Shown: positions 23,265-36,339 of the stretch, one piece after another
Position numbering within the stretch: position 1 is the first letter of the stretch
Layout: the number at the start of each line of letters is the position of its first letter
From: Chiloscyllium plagiosum
Lineage: Eukaryota
Direction: 5' to 3'
Length of the DNA stretch: 50,720 nt
Assembly: GCF_004010195.1 (NCBI RefSeq)
Contig: NC_057719.1
Location: 7,843,974-7,894,693, forward strand
The notes under the pieces: model-generated
The model's database searches: none
Told to the model about the DNA's origin: nothing
What the model saw: only the letters and a program-made list of their open reading frames with translations
Program-made: the position numbers and the translations under genes

Positions 23265-26250
23265 AGCCTTCCCCATGACAAATGTCAGGCTAACTGGCCT
23301 ACAGTTTCCTGCTTTTTAACCTTGCTTTTTTCTTGAACGGACGGGTTTTATTTGCTGCTTTCTAGTCGAATGGAACCCTTTCTGAATCTGACAAATTTTG
23401 GAAAATGAACATTCAATGCATCTATTATTCCATTAAGACCATAGGGTGAAGTCCATCAGGACCTTCTCTTGGGTCCTTAACTTTGCGTGGTTAGCCCAAA
23501 CTTTCATCAGTTTGCTTGGTACCATTTCCTGAATCAATGTAATTTTGTCAAGTTCCTGTCTTCCTTTAACCTGCTGATTTAGAGGTAGTACTGAGATGTT
23601 TTATTGTATCCTCTAGTGACGACAGATCAAAATATTTATTACTCATGTCTGATATTTCTTTCTGATCAACTGTGAACTCTTCTTTCTCCCCCTGTAGAGG
23701 ACCAACAGTTGTTTTGCTTTCTCTTTTTCTTTGTAGATACTGATAGAGTCTGTTGCTATTTGTTACATTTATGGCTTGCTTCCAGTCATGTTTTAATTTC
23801 TTTCTTTTGATTAATGTTTAGTAATTCTTTGTTTTTTTAAAAATTCTGACCGATTCTCCCATCTGCCACTTTTATGCAATTATACGCTTCTTCCTTAACT
23901 TCTTTAGTTGACCATGATGGTGGCTCCTCCCCTTGGAAATTTTCTTCATTATAAGAATGTATGTATTCTGAAATTTGATTTAAAGTTCTGCCACTGGTTC
24001 TCTACTAATCTATCCTCTAGCCTAATAGGCTAGTTCACTTCGGCTAGCTCAGCTTTCTGTGGACATCTTATTTAAGTTTAAGATACTAGTCTTAGACTCA
24101 CTCTTGTCCTTTTCAAATTGGATGTAAATTTCAATCCTGTTATGATCACTGCTACCATAGGGTCCCTTTAGACTATAGTAAGAGCAAAAGGGACGGGAGT
24201 ACGTAATTCAGCCCCTTGAGCCTGCTCTGCCATTTTATATGGTCACGGCTGATCTCATGTCGCACTCAATTCCACTTTCTTGCCCACTTTCCATCATCTA
24301 TTAACCTGTTATTAATTAAAAATTTGTGTATTTTCTCCTTATATTTACTCAATGTTCTGGCATCCATTGCACTCTGGAATAGTGAATTCTACAGATTCAC
24401 AACCCTTTGAGAGAAACAACTTCTTCTTATCTCCGGTCTTAGGATGGAAAATCATGTCTCACAAACTTGATTGAGTTTTTTGAAGAAGTAACAAAGAGGA
24501 TTGACGAGGGCAGAGCGGTAGATGTGATCTATGTGGATTTCAGTAAGGCGTTTGACAAGGTTCCCCATGGGAGACTGGTGAGCAAGGTTAGGTCTCATGG
24601 AATACAGGGAGAACTAGCCATTTGGATACAGAACTGGCTCAAAGGTAGAAGACATTTTAAAACATTTACTCTGAAGTAATTAATAAATCCTATCTCAGGA
24701 TTATGTAGTCCCGAGTCTAGTATGCTCAACTCTCTAGTTGGTCCCAGAAGGGCTTCTTTAAGAAGCTATTGAGAGCATCCAATGAAATCCATGTTAACGC
24801 TGCTATTGCCAATCTAAATTTTCCATTTTAGATATAAATTTAAGTCACCCATACTTATTGCCATTCATTTATCACAAACACCCAATATTTCTTCTTGTAT
24901 ATGTCTTTCTGTGTGGTGGTTTTTTTGATGGACCTGAAAATCTCTCTTATAAGTGACTTCTTTTCTATACTATTCCTCATCGCTACCTAAATCAATTCTA
25001 CATCTTGAACTCATGGACCAAGTAATCTCTAACTATTGTATCACCATCTTTGATTAGGAGTCCAATCCATCTGCATTTATTTAGCTTTCTATTCTTCATT
25101 AATGTCTCATACCCTACAATATTCAGTTTTCATTGTCCTGCTACAACATCACCGTAATGCCTATCCGATCATATTTATTCACCAAAGTGTGTGCTTTCAA
25201 TTTATTCACTTTGTTGTGACTGGTATGCGCATTCAAATACAGAGCCTTTAATATTGTTGTTTTGTTATCTTTGTAGCATCTAATCTTGACTGCTGCTACG
25301 TTCTCAGATTTAATACTCAGTTCCTTCCTGCCATTTTCTAAGCTTCATTTCTCATATCAGTACTTCATTCTGCTGCTGCAACTCTATCCCTTGTTGCTTG
25401 AACCCAAGCTTGAACCATCACCCATTTCATTTAATTTATAGCCTTTCTACCTTACTGTTTATGCAGTTCACAAGGACATGGATCAGGTGTCGACTGTCCC
25501 AATGGTACTGATCCCATTTAATCAAGAATTGGTGCATGCCCCAAGAAATGGAACCCACTTCTCCCACATCAGTCTTTCACTTGTCCACTCTTATACATCC
25601 TATTCAATTTGTAGCAACCCAAGAGATTATTACCTTTTTGAGATTTTGCTTTCTCATTTAGCACCTAACTTCTCATGCACCCTCAGCAAAATCTCTTTCC
25701 TTTTCTAACTCTGTCATTGCTACCAACATGCATCACAACCTGAGATCCCCTTTATTCCCAAGTTCTTCTCCATCCAGAGCTTGTATCCAGAGTCCTGGCA
25801 TCTGGTGGACAACACAGCCAACTGGACATATGCTCTTTGCTGCAGAGAGCTGTGTAAATTCCTCTTATTGTACTGCGCCTCCTACCACTAATTTCTCCTT
25901 GCTCTCCCTTTTTGAGTGGCTTCCTGTACCATGCTACAGTGTTCAGTTAGCTTAACCTTCCTGAAGCTCTTCCACCCAAACAAGTTGTGAAAATCGTAAG
26001 CAATTATTGAGATTAAGGCACCTGCCCTCTGGGTCCCCTTGCCTGCCTCACTTGCAGTCACACCTTCCTTTCCCTGACCACTGGTCCAAAGGGAAGATGT
26101 AACCCTAATAAAATATCCAGGTAGCTTACCCCTCCCTGATTGGCCTGCAGCTTGATAACTTTGAGCAGTAGTGCCTGTGGCCACAGCATTTAATTGTGTT
26201 TGCCCTGGATCAGAATCCAAAACCTCCCACGTTTTGCATCATAGCACTTC
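23265..26250 (-). mobile_element. Mosaic of old, decayed CR1 sequence, with a CR1 3' end at about 24170-24440
   Basis: Decayed motifs such as gtcaggctaactggcctacagtttcctg (reverse of NYRPVSLT) and gtgaagtccatcaggacc (reverse of GPDGLHP); no long ORF. Confidence 0.6.
24441..24652 (+). mobile_element. Well-preserved internal CR1 RT fragment
   Basis: KSCLTNLIEFFEEVTKRIDEGRAVDVIYVDFSKAFDKVPHGRL...WIQNWL. Confidence 0.9.
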
Positions 26251-26415
26251 ACCTACTCTGCCGATTCAAATATATGTTAATTATATTAGTAATTACTAAT
26301 TAATTTATTTATCGTCATTACAGCGTGCACTTCCTGAAGCATTTTCGCACTGCCAGTAAGCTTTGCAACACCAATTATAACAATACTGTACTTACTATGC
26401 TGATAAACTGTAGTT

Positions 26416-27561
26416 GCTCCCACGAGGAGGTTGAACAGTTCATCCACTTCACCAACACCTTCCACCCCGACCTCAAATTCACCTGGACAGTCTCAGATTC
26501 CTCCCTCCCCTTCCTCGACCTTTCTATTTCTATCTCAGGCGACCGAATCAACACGGACATCTACTACAAACCGACCGACTCCCACAGCTACCTGGACTAC
26601 ACCTCCTCCCATCCTGCCCCCTGTAAAAACGCCATCCCATTCTCCCAATTCCTTCGACTCCACCACATCTGCTCCCAGGAGGACCAGTTCCAAAAAAGCA
26701 CATCCCAGATGACCTCCTTCTTCAAGGACCGCAATTTCACCCCCGACGTGGTCGACGATGCCCTCCACCGCATCTCTTCCACTCCCCGCTCCTCCGCCCT
26801 TGAGCCCCGCCCCTCCAACCGCCACCAGGACAGAACCCCACTGGTCCCCACCTACCACCCCACCAATCTCCATGTACAGCGCATCATCCACCGTCATNNN
26901 NNNNNNNNNNNNNNNNNNNNNNNNNNNNNNNNNNNNNNNNNNNNNNNNNNNNNNNNNNNNNNNNNNNNNNNNNNNNNNNNNNNNNNNNNNNNNNNNNNNN
27001 NNNNNNNNNNNNNNNNNNNNNNNNNNNNNNNNNNNNNNNNNNNNNNNNNNNNNNNNNNNNNNNNNNNNNNNNNNNNNNNNNNNNNNNNNNNNNNNNNNNN
27101 NNNNNNNNNNNNNNNNNNNNNNNNNNNNNNNNNNNNNNNNNNNNNNNNNNNNNNNNNNNNNNNNNNNNNNNNNNNNNNNNNNNNNNNNNNNNNNNNNNNN
27201 NNNNNNNNNNNNNNNNNNNNNNNNNNNNNNNNNNNNNNNNNNNNNNNNNNNNNNNNNNNNNNNNNNNNNNNNNNNNNNNNNNNNNNNNNNNNNNNNNNNN
27301 NNNNTCTCCGCCCCCACTCCAGTCTGACCTATCACCCTCACCTTGACCTCTTTCCACCTATCACATTTCCGACGCCCCTCCCCAAGTCCCTCCTCCACAC
27401 CTTTTATCTTAGCCTGTTGGACAAACTTTCCTCATTCCTGAAGAAGGGCTTATGCCCGAAACGTCGATTCTCCTGTTCCCTGGATGCTGCCTGACCTGCT
27501 GCGCTTTTCCAGCAACACATTTTCAGCTCTGATCTCCAGCACCTGCAGACCTCACTTTCTC
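26416..27561 (+). mobile_element. 5'-truncated Penelope-like retroelement (RT C-terminal/thumb region, gap, family A2 terminus)
   Basis: FHPDLKFTW...LPFLDLSI...TDIYYKPTDSHSYLDYTSSHP..CKNAIPFSQFLRL is a PLE RT signature. 8-bp TSD ctgtagtt at 26408-15 and 27562-69. Confidence 0.92.
27438..27465 (+). ncRNA. Minimal hammerhead ribozyme motif at the PLE terminus
   Basis: CTGAAGA-A-GGGC(TTAT)GCCC-GAAA-CG-TC. Confidence 0.78.
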
Positions 27562-28184
27562 CTGTAGTTTGTATCAATACCACTTACTGATTCATCAGCT
27601 GCTCCTGCTCCAAAAACTTGGAAATCAAATGCTGGAGGCTGATAAAGTAAAAAATGAAAATGCCACCTCTGCACTCTTCACTGAACTCCTTACTCAGCAC
27701 ACTGTACTCCTTGGTGTGTAAACGTTACTTAAAGCACCTCTTTCCCCCATGCAACAAATTTGCATTTTGGACCAAATTTCCAGAAATAATTATTCAGCCT
27801 CTGTCTTACTAGGGCAAAGTCTCTTTGAGATGGATCATGCTCCAAAATTCTTTTTTTTTTTGTAGGACTGTGATACAAACATAGAAAATACATGCAGGAA
27901 TAGGCCATTTGGTCCTTCAAGCCTGCAATACCATTCACTATGATCATAGCTGATCATGCAGTTTCAATATCCTATGCCAACTTGCCTTCCACACTGTATG
28001 ATGAGTCACTCTCTATCTTAGCTTCCCATGATTTGAACTCATGAGCTTTGAGTTTCATTTCTAGGACTCTCACCACCGTTCCTCCACTTGCCAAAATCAT
28101 AATCATTGCCTTGTTGCACTGAGAGTTCATTTCTTAACTGTCTTCTTTTTCGGCTTCATCTCATTCGTTCTTCAGGAACTTGTG

Positions 28185-28530
28185 TGTGGTAGTAAAGTGA
28201 TTATGCTATTGGATTTGCATTCCATAGACCTAGACTAATGGTGTGATGAGGTGAGTTCAAACACCACCTCAACAAGCATTTTTAATTTAATAAAATAAAA
28301 AAATCTAACATTTGGTTCGTTCATGTACTTTTGCAAAAGAAATCTACCATCCTTATCTGGTGGGGCTTGAACTGTGATTCCAGACTCACAGCAATGTCAT
28401 GCACTCAATTTCTTTTTCATTAATCTATTTTTCTAATCAACCTGTTATTGCACACTTCTGGAGCAGGTGGGACTTGAACTCAGTTCTCTCAGTCCAGGGA
28501 TAGGGTCTCTACCTCTGCACCACAAGACCT
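28185..28530. mobile_element. Decayed tRNA-derived SINE remnants (+ at about 28185-28410, - head at about 28445-28530)
   Basis: A/B-box-like tggtgcagaggtag...gagttcaagtccc on -; gagttcaaacacc and decayed SINE body on +. Confidence 0.45.
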
Positions 28531-29756
28531 CCTTTGAGATGGTCTCAATTATGCACTTACATTAATTAATAGGCAACTGTGACCAATATCTAGGCTTGTC
28601 TCTAATCAATGTAATGTGTGCATTATCCAATTTTTTAATTACATGTGACAATGCCTGCATTGGGTGAGTAGGATTTGTCACACGTTTTGAGTTGTAATCT
28701 AGATATTTTGACTTGTTTCTCATTTTGAATATTTTGAGCATCAGAAGTCTTTATCAACATCTTAGAAAAGTCTCATGTATAGTGTGGTGTGTTTGGTTTG
28801 TGGGTATTGTTTTTACACTGAAAAATACTCCTTGTACAATATGTGCTGCAACTCATCTAAAGGTGCAGGAAAGGAAAGGAATGGGACATACAAACTGTCA
28901 ATGGAGTTATTGAGTAGATTAGTATTTTTCAGAGCGTTATGGCAATAGATTGCCAAAGACTAGATAATTAGAAAGTTGACGCGCCCTCACCAGAGCGCAT
29001 TGGTTGGAACAAATGCAGAAGGAAATTAGGTTGAAAGGGGCTATGAGTATGAGTGATGAGGAAATGGTAGGAAATAACCTTGCTTAGATTAAGATACTGG
29101 GAGTTAAGAGATCAAGGAGATGGCAAGAGATATGGAAAGGCTCTGAATTAGGGGAGCAGACATTAAGAGAGAACTGGAGTGCAATGAAATCATTTAAAAT
29201 GGGGCAAAGAAGGTTGTATATGATTAAAGCTGTTGAGGATGTGAAGTCAGTCAGTGCAGAGGCTGAGGGAGAATAAGTGAGGATATTTAGGTGAGAGAGT
29301 AAGTGGAGCTTAGATGGCAGAGAACAACAATTAGGATATTAGTCGGCAGAGTGAATAGATGAAGGAGAAAAATATTTTTAAATATGTTTGGCAAATACAT
29401 TTTTGGAAATTAATTACTTAATTGATTTGACACTGGGTTTCTTTTGCTAATACGAACACAGAAAGCTTTGAGATATTGTTTTTAAGGAAAATGTTAGCTG
29501 TCTTTAAAATATTCCATCTTGAGTTTCATTCAGTTGAGGGAGATGCTTGCCCTCTGGTTGAAGCCAAACATTTGTTTTCTGATATTTTGACTATACATTT
29601 TAGACTGAGGTAAATATAAGCCCATGAAATGCTGCTTTTTGCTTGAACTGGTGGAGGATTCTTGCTACTTAAGTAAGAAAGCCCACAGTTGTATGTAATC
29701 CTTTTGGCATTGTTGGTTACTCCGAGAGGTTAATGACACTACTAAGGATGGTGAAT

Positions 29757-31249
29757 CAACGAGGTAAAAACAATGACTGCAGATGCTGGAAACCAGATTC
29801 TGGATCAGTGGTGCTGGAAGAGCACAGCAATTCAGGCAGCATCCAACGAGCAGCAAAATCGACGTTTCGGGCAAAAGCCCTTCATCAGNNNNNNNNNNNN
29901 NNNNNNNNNNNNNNNNNNNNNNNNNNNNNNNNNNNNNNNNNNNNNNNNNNNNNNNNNNNNNNNNNNNNNNNNNNNNNNNNNNNNNNNNNNNNNNNNNNNN
30001 NNNNNNNNNNNNNNNNNNNNNNNNNNNNNNNNNNNNNNNNNNNNNNNNNNNNNNNNNNNNNNNNNNNNNNNNNNNNNNNNNNNNNNNNNNNNNNNNNNNN
30101 NNNNNNNNNNNNNNNNNNNNNNNNNNNNNNNNNNNNNNNNNNNNNNNNNNNNNNNNNNNNNNNNNNNNNNNNNNNNNNNNNNNNNNNNNNNNNNNNNNNN
30201 NNNNNNNNNNNNNNNNNNNNNNNNNNNNNNNNNNNNNNNNNNNNNNNNNNNNNNNNNNNNNNNNNNNNNNNNNNNNNNNNNNNNNNNNNNNNNNNNNNNN
30301 NNNNNNNNNNNNNNNNNNNNNNNNNNNNNNNNNNNNNNNNNNNNNNNNNNNNNNNNNNNNNNNNNNNNNNNNNNNNNNNNNNNNNNNNNNNNNNNNNNNN
30401 NNNNNNNNNNNNNNNNNNNNNNNNNNNNNNNNNNNNNNNNNNNNNNNNNNNNNNNNNNNNNNNNNNNNNNNNNNNNNNNNNNNNNNNNNNNNNNNNNNNN
30501 NNNNNNNNNNNNNNNNNNNNNNNNNNNNNNNNNNNNNNNNNNNNNNNNNNNNNNNNNNNNNNNNNNNNNNNNNNNNNNNNNNNNNNNNNNNNNNNNNNNN
30601 NNNNNNNNNNNNNNNNNNNNNNNNNNNNNNNNNNNNNNNNNNNNNNNNNNNNNNNNNNNNNNNNNNNNNNNNNNNNNNNNNNNNNNNNNNNNNNNNNNNN
30701 NNNNNNNNNNNNNNNNNNNNNNNNNNNNNNNNNNNNNNNNNNNNNAGAAATCTGAGTTCATCCCTTGTGGTTGGAGGGTTCCTAGGCGGAAGATGAGGCG
30801 CTCTTCCTCCAACCGTCGTGTTGCTATGGTCTGGCAATGGAGGAGTCCAAGGACCTGCATGTCCTTGGTGGAGTGGGAGGGGGAGTTGAAGTGTTGAGCC
30901 ATGGGGTGGTTGGGTTGGTTGGTCCGGGTGTCCCAGAGATGTTCTCTGAACCGTTCCGCAAGTAGGCGGCCTGTCTCCCCAATATAGAGAAGGTACAGAA
31001 GCCTGAATACATGCACCAGCTGGGTTTGAAACAGTTTCTACTCTACTGTTGTTCTTCAACCATGTCGTGAAACAAACTCGGTACTCTATGCTACTTTCTC
31101 CCCACCCCCACCCTCCTCTAGCTTATCTCTCCACGCTTCCGGCTCTCTGCCTTTATTCCTGATGAAGGGCTTTTGCCCGAAACGTCGATTTTGCTGCTCG
31201 TTGGATGCTGCCTGACTTGCTGTGCTCTTCCAGCACCACTGATTCAGAA
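29757..31249 (-). mobile_element. Penelope-like element (family A1): terminus, gap, GIY-YIG endonuclease C-terminal part (30746-30990), captured filler, inverted terminus (31081-31249)
   Basis: LYIGETGRLLAERFREHL...PMAQHFNSPSHS...RRLEEERLIFRLGTLQPQGMN. 14-bp TSD taaggatggtgaat at 29743-56 and 31250-63. Confidence 0.92.
31159..31186 (+). ncRNA. Minimal hammerhead motif (partner on - strand at 29861-29888)
   Basis: CTGATGAAGGGCTTTTGCCCGAAACGTC. Confidence 0.75.
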
Positions 31250-34200
31250 TAAGGATGGTGAATGTCTAACACACTTGAACTTGGCATTCTCGCATTGAAA
31301 ATTTATGACACTGGAGCTTTCACTTTAGTCAATTACAGTTTAATTGATGTGTGATTTATTAATCTGTACTAAAAATATTAAATTAGCTTATGGGATTTAT
31401 AAGGAGAAGTGAACTTTTCAGACTCTGATGAATAAGCATGCCTTTGAGTTGAAATAAGGATTGGTCAAACAATACATTCCAGCATTGCTTTGAATACAAT
31501 GTAAAATCAAAGGCCATGGTAGAAGTACTTCCCCAAATGTGATTCATAAGTAAGAGGGATAGAATGTCACACACACCCTCTCGAGAAAGCATTGTTGTTT
31601 AATAAAATGGTGGCTGATCCTTGATCTTAATTCCATTTTCCCTGCCAATCCCCACATTTCTTAACTCTCTTCTGAGTCCAAAACTCTCTTGATCTCAGCC
31701 TTTGATATACTCAACAACCCTCCACGGTTTGGAATTCGAAAGATTTGCAACCCTCTGAGAGAAGATAACATAAATATGAGCAATCTAGCTTTTATATGTT
31801 AATAATGACAAGTTGTCTAAAACTCAAATTGCTGTAAATTTATGATTAAAATCAAATTTTTGAGATTATCCCATAGGTTTCTTAATGGGTGTGATGTGAA
31901 TGCATTGTCATTTTCCATGAGTTGCCAATGATTCATGCAGTATTTCTACAATTCTAATGTAATCCAATTCAAAAGAACACATTGTACACTTTGGGCAATC
32001 ATTGCTATAATTGCTGTAGTTAGGCATATATATATTATTTTAAATACAAATTATGAAGAATGGATTCTTTGGAACTACAGACAATTAGCTCACAGTTGCA
32101 GACGTATTGGGGAACCGCAGTACACTGGCATTGTGTTTAAATAAAAAAAAAGTTATTTTCTGTGTTAATGGAGCTTTCAAGTTATGAAGCTTCCTCAATT
32201 TTTAAATGCAAGTAGAATATCAGAGCAATGATACTGCTGTTGCTTTTCTTTCACAAATGAACAAATTGTAATAATGTGAAATCACTGGAGGGATTATCTT
32301 TATTTTACGGCAATTGTTTCAACTGAATTTTAAAGTAATTGCCAAATAGAACTCATTGCCTATAACTTCCGGTTGGAATGAATCTAATGATGTCTGTGTT
32401 ACTTGGACCTGTTTGCACAGTTAGATTTTTAAAATGGTTTGGTGCTTTATATGTGACTTGATAATGTCTCTTGGAAGGAAATCTGGTGTCCAGCACTTGA
32501 GTGAATTAGACTCCTTAACCAATCAGATTAAAGGATTATAAAATTAGCAGTTAAAGAACTGATAGGCAAGAGTAAATTAAAATTGGCGAATTCAACGTTG
32601 TATCAGTTAGAGGAAGATAAATAGAGAGGTAATGAAAGTTTGATGAAAAATGAATCAACAAGCATTTTTTAAAAGGTTTTCTTTAATATTCTAAAATCTT
32701 TCCAACAACAACTAAAATTGGAACAAATGAGATCCACCCTTGCAATAATTAATTTATAGTGTCAGGGAGATTGGCTGGTCGTAAATACTACATCTTACTC
32801 CATTAAGACCATTCGGACTACTGCTTTTGTCTGTACCTGCTGTGCAAATATTGAAATTTCATATCATGCAATCATTTTGATGATGAGCTAGATCAATTGA
32901 TTTTGTTTTGATGAAGCTCACAGTGGAGTGGCACATTTCAGGTAGCAACCTTTGGATGTTCTCAACCTTACATTTGACCTTGTTTGAATATGCTTTGAAA
33001 TTTGTGTATAAATAATGTTGAGTGCTATCAGCTACATTGATTTTGACAACAAATTTTGAACCATAATATTAACCATGGAATGTGAATCGGCTGGAGTGGA
33101 GTTCATCTCATCAAGCATTCCCGACATCGTGTGCTCAATAAAAATTTGCAAACAAACAAGGAAACACTTTTTACAAAATAATTTTATTGTGAAAATGTTG
33201 CTGAATTTAGTAGGGGGCGGGGGAGGGGGTGAGTTGGGAATCTTAGTGGATGGAAATGGAACAGTTCTAGTACTTGATCATTGTTCACTTCCAGGCTGGG
33301 AAAGCTACTGCAACTCTACGTCAACACTGCTTTACAGCCCTGACCTCTTGAAAATGCTTTGCTACACCACAGACACTTATGTACACAACCATCTAGTGCT
33401 CCTACTGAATGATAGTGCCATTAATGACAATTGGGTGCATTTCATCAGACGTATGGCAACAATAGCAACTGGGTTGAAAACTGCCCAAATTCAATCCAAA
33501 TTCAAATCAAACCGGTAGACTGAAGAGACGCTCTTGTCTCAATCCGTCTAGACTTGATTCAATCCCATGCCTCCAAGAAAAGGATTGTGTCTAGCTGACT
33601 CATGTACTTTAATATTTATTTTCCCATCAGGTTTATTCCTAAAAGTGCAGAATGTGATTTTCATCAGGGAATATTAGTCAACTAATTGGTTGTCTCTAAA
33701 TGCCTTCTGAAGTGTTCTCAGCAGAATGTGAACTGTCAAAAGAATCATTGCAATGGCAACTTGGATTTATGTAGCACCTTTAATGTTAACACAAGGTTCC
33801 AAGGTGCTATGAAGCAGAAATGCCGTCATCGCTGTCTTGTATGTGTTTTGAGATGCTTAAAAACAAATTGGTAGCTTTGTCTAAAATGCAAGAATTTTTT
33901 AATGCATTTTTTAAAAAACTCAATATAGAGTTATATACTCTTATAGTTAGAACTTGAAAATCCTCCATTTCTGTGTAACTGTTCTGCCAGATGCTTTTTA
34001 TGAATTTCAAAATAGCCATTTTTTATTTCAAAATAAGGATATGATACTGGCCTGAAATAGACAACCTGTTAAAGTTGTGGTCTGACGTCAACAGTTTGAG
34101 TAGGCACAGTGGTCCTAGATTTTTCTGTTGAGAGAAGTGTATTATGAGGGGGGAACCAGTCAAGTCAAAAAGAAAGATCAGCAGTGCTCTGAACCACAGA

Positions 34201-34284
34201 GTTCAGAGCAAGTAACGCTACAGGAGGTTTACGGCATAATAACAACATTTGTATACTTATTTTTTCTTTGCATCATATATTAAG

Positions 34285-34359
34285 ATTGAACAAGAGCTTG
34301 ATCGTACACGCCGGAAGTTGGAGCAGTCAGAAGGAAGCCGAGAGACACTTGCCTGTCAG
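34285..34359 (+). CDS. CEP128: Internal coding exon (75 nt, phase 0/0): IEQELDRTRRKLEQSEGSRETLACQ
   Basis: AG at 34283-84 after a pyrimidine tract, GT at 34360. Strong match to recalled human CEP128 LEQELELSRRLLNQSEGSRETLLHQ. Confidence 0.92.
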
Positions 34360-34829
34360 GTATAGTGGAGAAATTACCTAATGCTCAGCTATTCCTGTGA
34401 AGTGAAGAAAGACATTTTTATTGTTCTCTTTTATCCTTAGGGGATTTATGTAGTTATAACTATTCTCACTGTGTAGAATAAAGCCTCTCCTCCCTAACAA
34501 TTGTGGCGAACAATACTAAAACTTGGACAGCAAGGTTTGCTGTAGCAACAGCATAAACATTGTTCAGTTACAAGTTGGACTTTCATGTATAAACAAGAAG
34601 CATAAGCTGTTTCAACAGCAAACTCTAACTTTAATATGTAATTTTGGCTGACAACTCTGTGCAGTGCAAACTGAAACCAAAAGCTTTCCAATTTATAAGT
34701 CTTTCCACTAAGGAGTAAAAAAAAAATCAATTTCTGATTCTTCAGAAAGAAAAACAAAAATTTTTTTTCAGTGTTTATTCACTTTGATCATAATACTTTA
34801 ACAATCCAAACAGATTCCCACGATGACAT

Positions 34830-35232
34830 GGAACATAGAACATAACAGCGCAGTACAGGCCCTTCGGCCCTCAATGTTGCGCCAATCTGTGGAACCAGCC
34901 TGAAGCCCATCTAACCTACACTATTCCATTCTTGTCCATATGCCTATCCAATGACTATTTAAATGTCCTTAAAGTTGGCGAGTCTATTACTGTGACCCTG
35001 TGAGTTTGCACATTCTCCCCGTGTCTGCGTGGGTTTCCTCCGGGTGCTCCGGTTTCCTCCCACAATCACAAAGATGTGCAGGTCAGGTGGATTGACCATG
35101 CTAATAGTGTTAGGCACATTTGTCAGGGGTAAATGTAGGGAAATGAATCTGGGTGGGTTACTCTTCAGAGGGTCAGTGTGGACTTATTCGGCCGAAGGGC
35201 CTATTTCAAAACTGTAGGGAATCTAATCTAAA
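34830..35232. mobile_element. CR1 3' end (-, about 34830-34995) abutting a head-truncated HE1-like SINE (+, about 34997-35232)
   Basis: gaacatagaacat tail and UTR; V-domain and aatctaatct tail. Confidence 0.82.
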
Positions 35233-35254
35233 AAAAATCTGCTTGGTATTGATC

Positions 35255-35575
35255 TCTCGTTCACTATCACCCCTGTGCTGGCTCACCTGCACTGGCTCCT
35301 AGTCCAGTAATGGCTCAGATTTAAAATTCTTATCCTTGTGTTTATATCCCTCTATGGCCTTCCCCTTCGTTGTTACTTTGTCCTCTGGATTTCCCTCCCT
35401 AAACCTCTGCTCTGGTCAGCTGCTCTTGCTCCTTTTGGAATGCCCATTAAAGTCTATTATGTGGACTGAGCTTTTGGTGATATCCTAATGCCTCCATATA
35501 TGGCTGTGTAAAATATTGTCTGAGCACTCTAGTGAAAGTTTTACAATATTAAATGTGCTACATAAATGCAAATAG
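35255..35575 (+). mobile_element. L2-like LINE 3' remnant
   Basis: ITPVLAHLHWLLVQ*WLRFKILILVFISLYGL; tail tgctacataaatgcaa. Confidence 0.7.
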
Positions 35576-36078
35576 TTGCTAAATGATGTCAGGCATTCTA
35601 ATGAAACTCTCTTGGATCCTGATGTATTTTTGTTTCCTGTGGTTTATTTTTCTGTTTTATGTTTGACCATAACTGGAATGCATTAATCTCAAAAAACATC
35701 TTTATTTTTGTTAATATTCTATCTCCTGCTGTTTTAGACACCAAATAACTGCAAGACTTTTACATGTAATTCATTTCCAGCTGTGTTTGCTTCACAGAAG
35801 CTAGCTGTGGTTCCTTGATTGAACCATTATTTGGCGTCTGTCACATTTTACTCCTGTATTGATGGAGTATATTCAAAACTATTTCTGAAAGAAGATGCCA
35901 GATAATATTTTTTATTTCTCCATTGTTCATTGCTCAAGTTATAAACTTGTTGCAATCTTCTATTTAACTGCTGGACACTTCTGCTGCTGAGCACAGAAAA
36001 CACATGCGTTTTGAAAAGATACGAAATGCAAAAATGGTAATGCTCTGCTGATCCACTGAGTCTTATCTGTGAATTTAG

Positions 36079-36205
36079 ATAGATGATTTGCGGTCTCAAC
36101 TGTTGAAGACTGAACAAGAACGAGCAACCTTGCAACATAGAATTTCAGAATCACAGCAACGAAGATATCGTGGCGTAGAGGAGGATGGCAGACTGAACCA
36201 AAGAG
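36079..36205 (+). CDS. CEP128: Internal coding exon (127 nt, phase 0/1): IDDLRSQLLKTEQERATLQHRISESQQRRYRGVEEDGRLNQR
   Basis: TAG acceptor with AG at 36077-78, GTAAGT donor at 36206. Resembles recalled CEP128 VEELRTQLTKAEGDRKGLQHQVSQ...EDWRFRR; phase matches both neighbouring exons. Confidence 0.9.
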
Positions 36206-36339
36206 GTAAGTGATAAGTCAGCCACATCTACCGCATTTTTCTCATTGATATATTTGCTGGTTTCTGCATCAGATTACAATGCAGTTTTTTCAGGTAGAAA
36301 TCAGTCAAAAATGAGTTTAAGCAGCACTTGATTTCAATG

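Noticed and set aside
28930..29370. Purine-rich stretch after a tttttcAG, considered as a coiled-coil exon
   Set aside because: The two frames I translated after the AG hit early stops and show no CEP128 similarity; better explained as the antisense strand of a decayed L2-like element.
32280..33065. Possible non-autonomous DNA transposon remnant
   Set aside because: Looks repeat-like, but I could not identify matching termini or a TSD.
33075..33518. 147-aa ORF
   Set aside because: No recognisable domain, a G-run gives the poly-Gly, no splice support; likely a chance ORF or decayed repeat.
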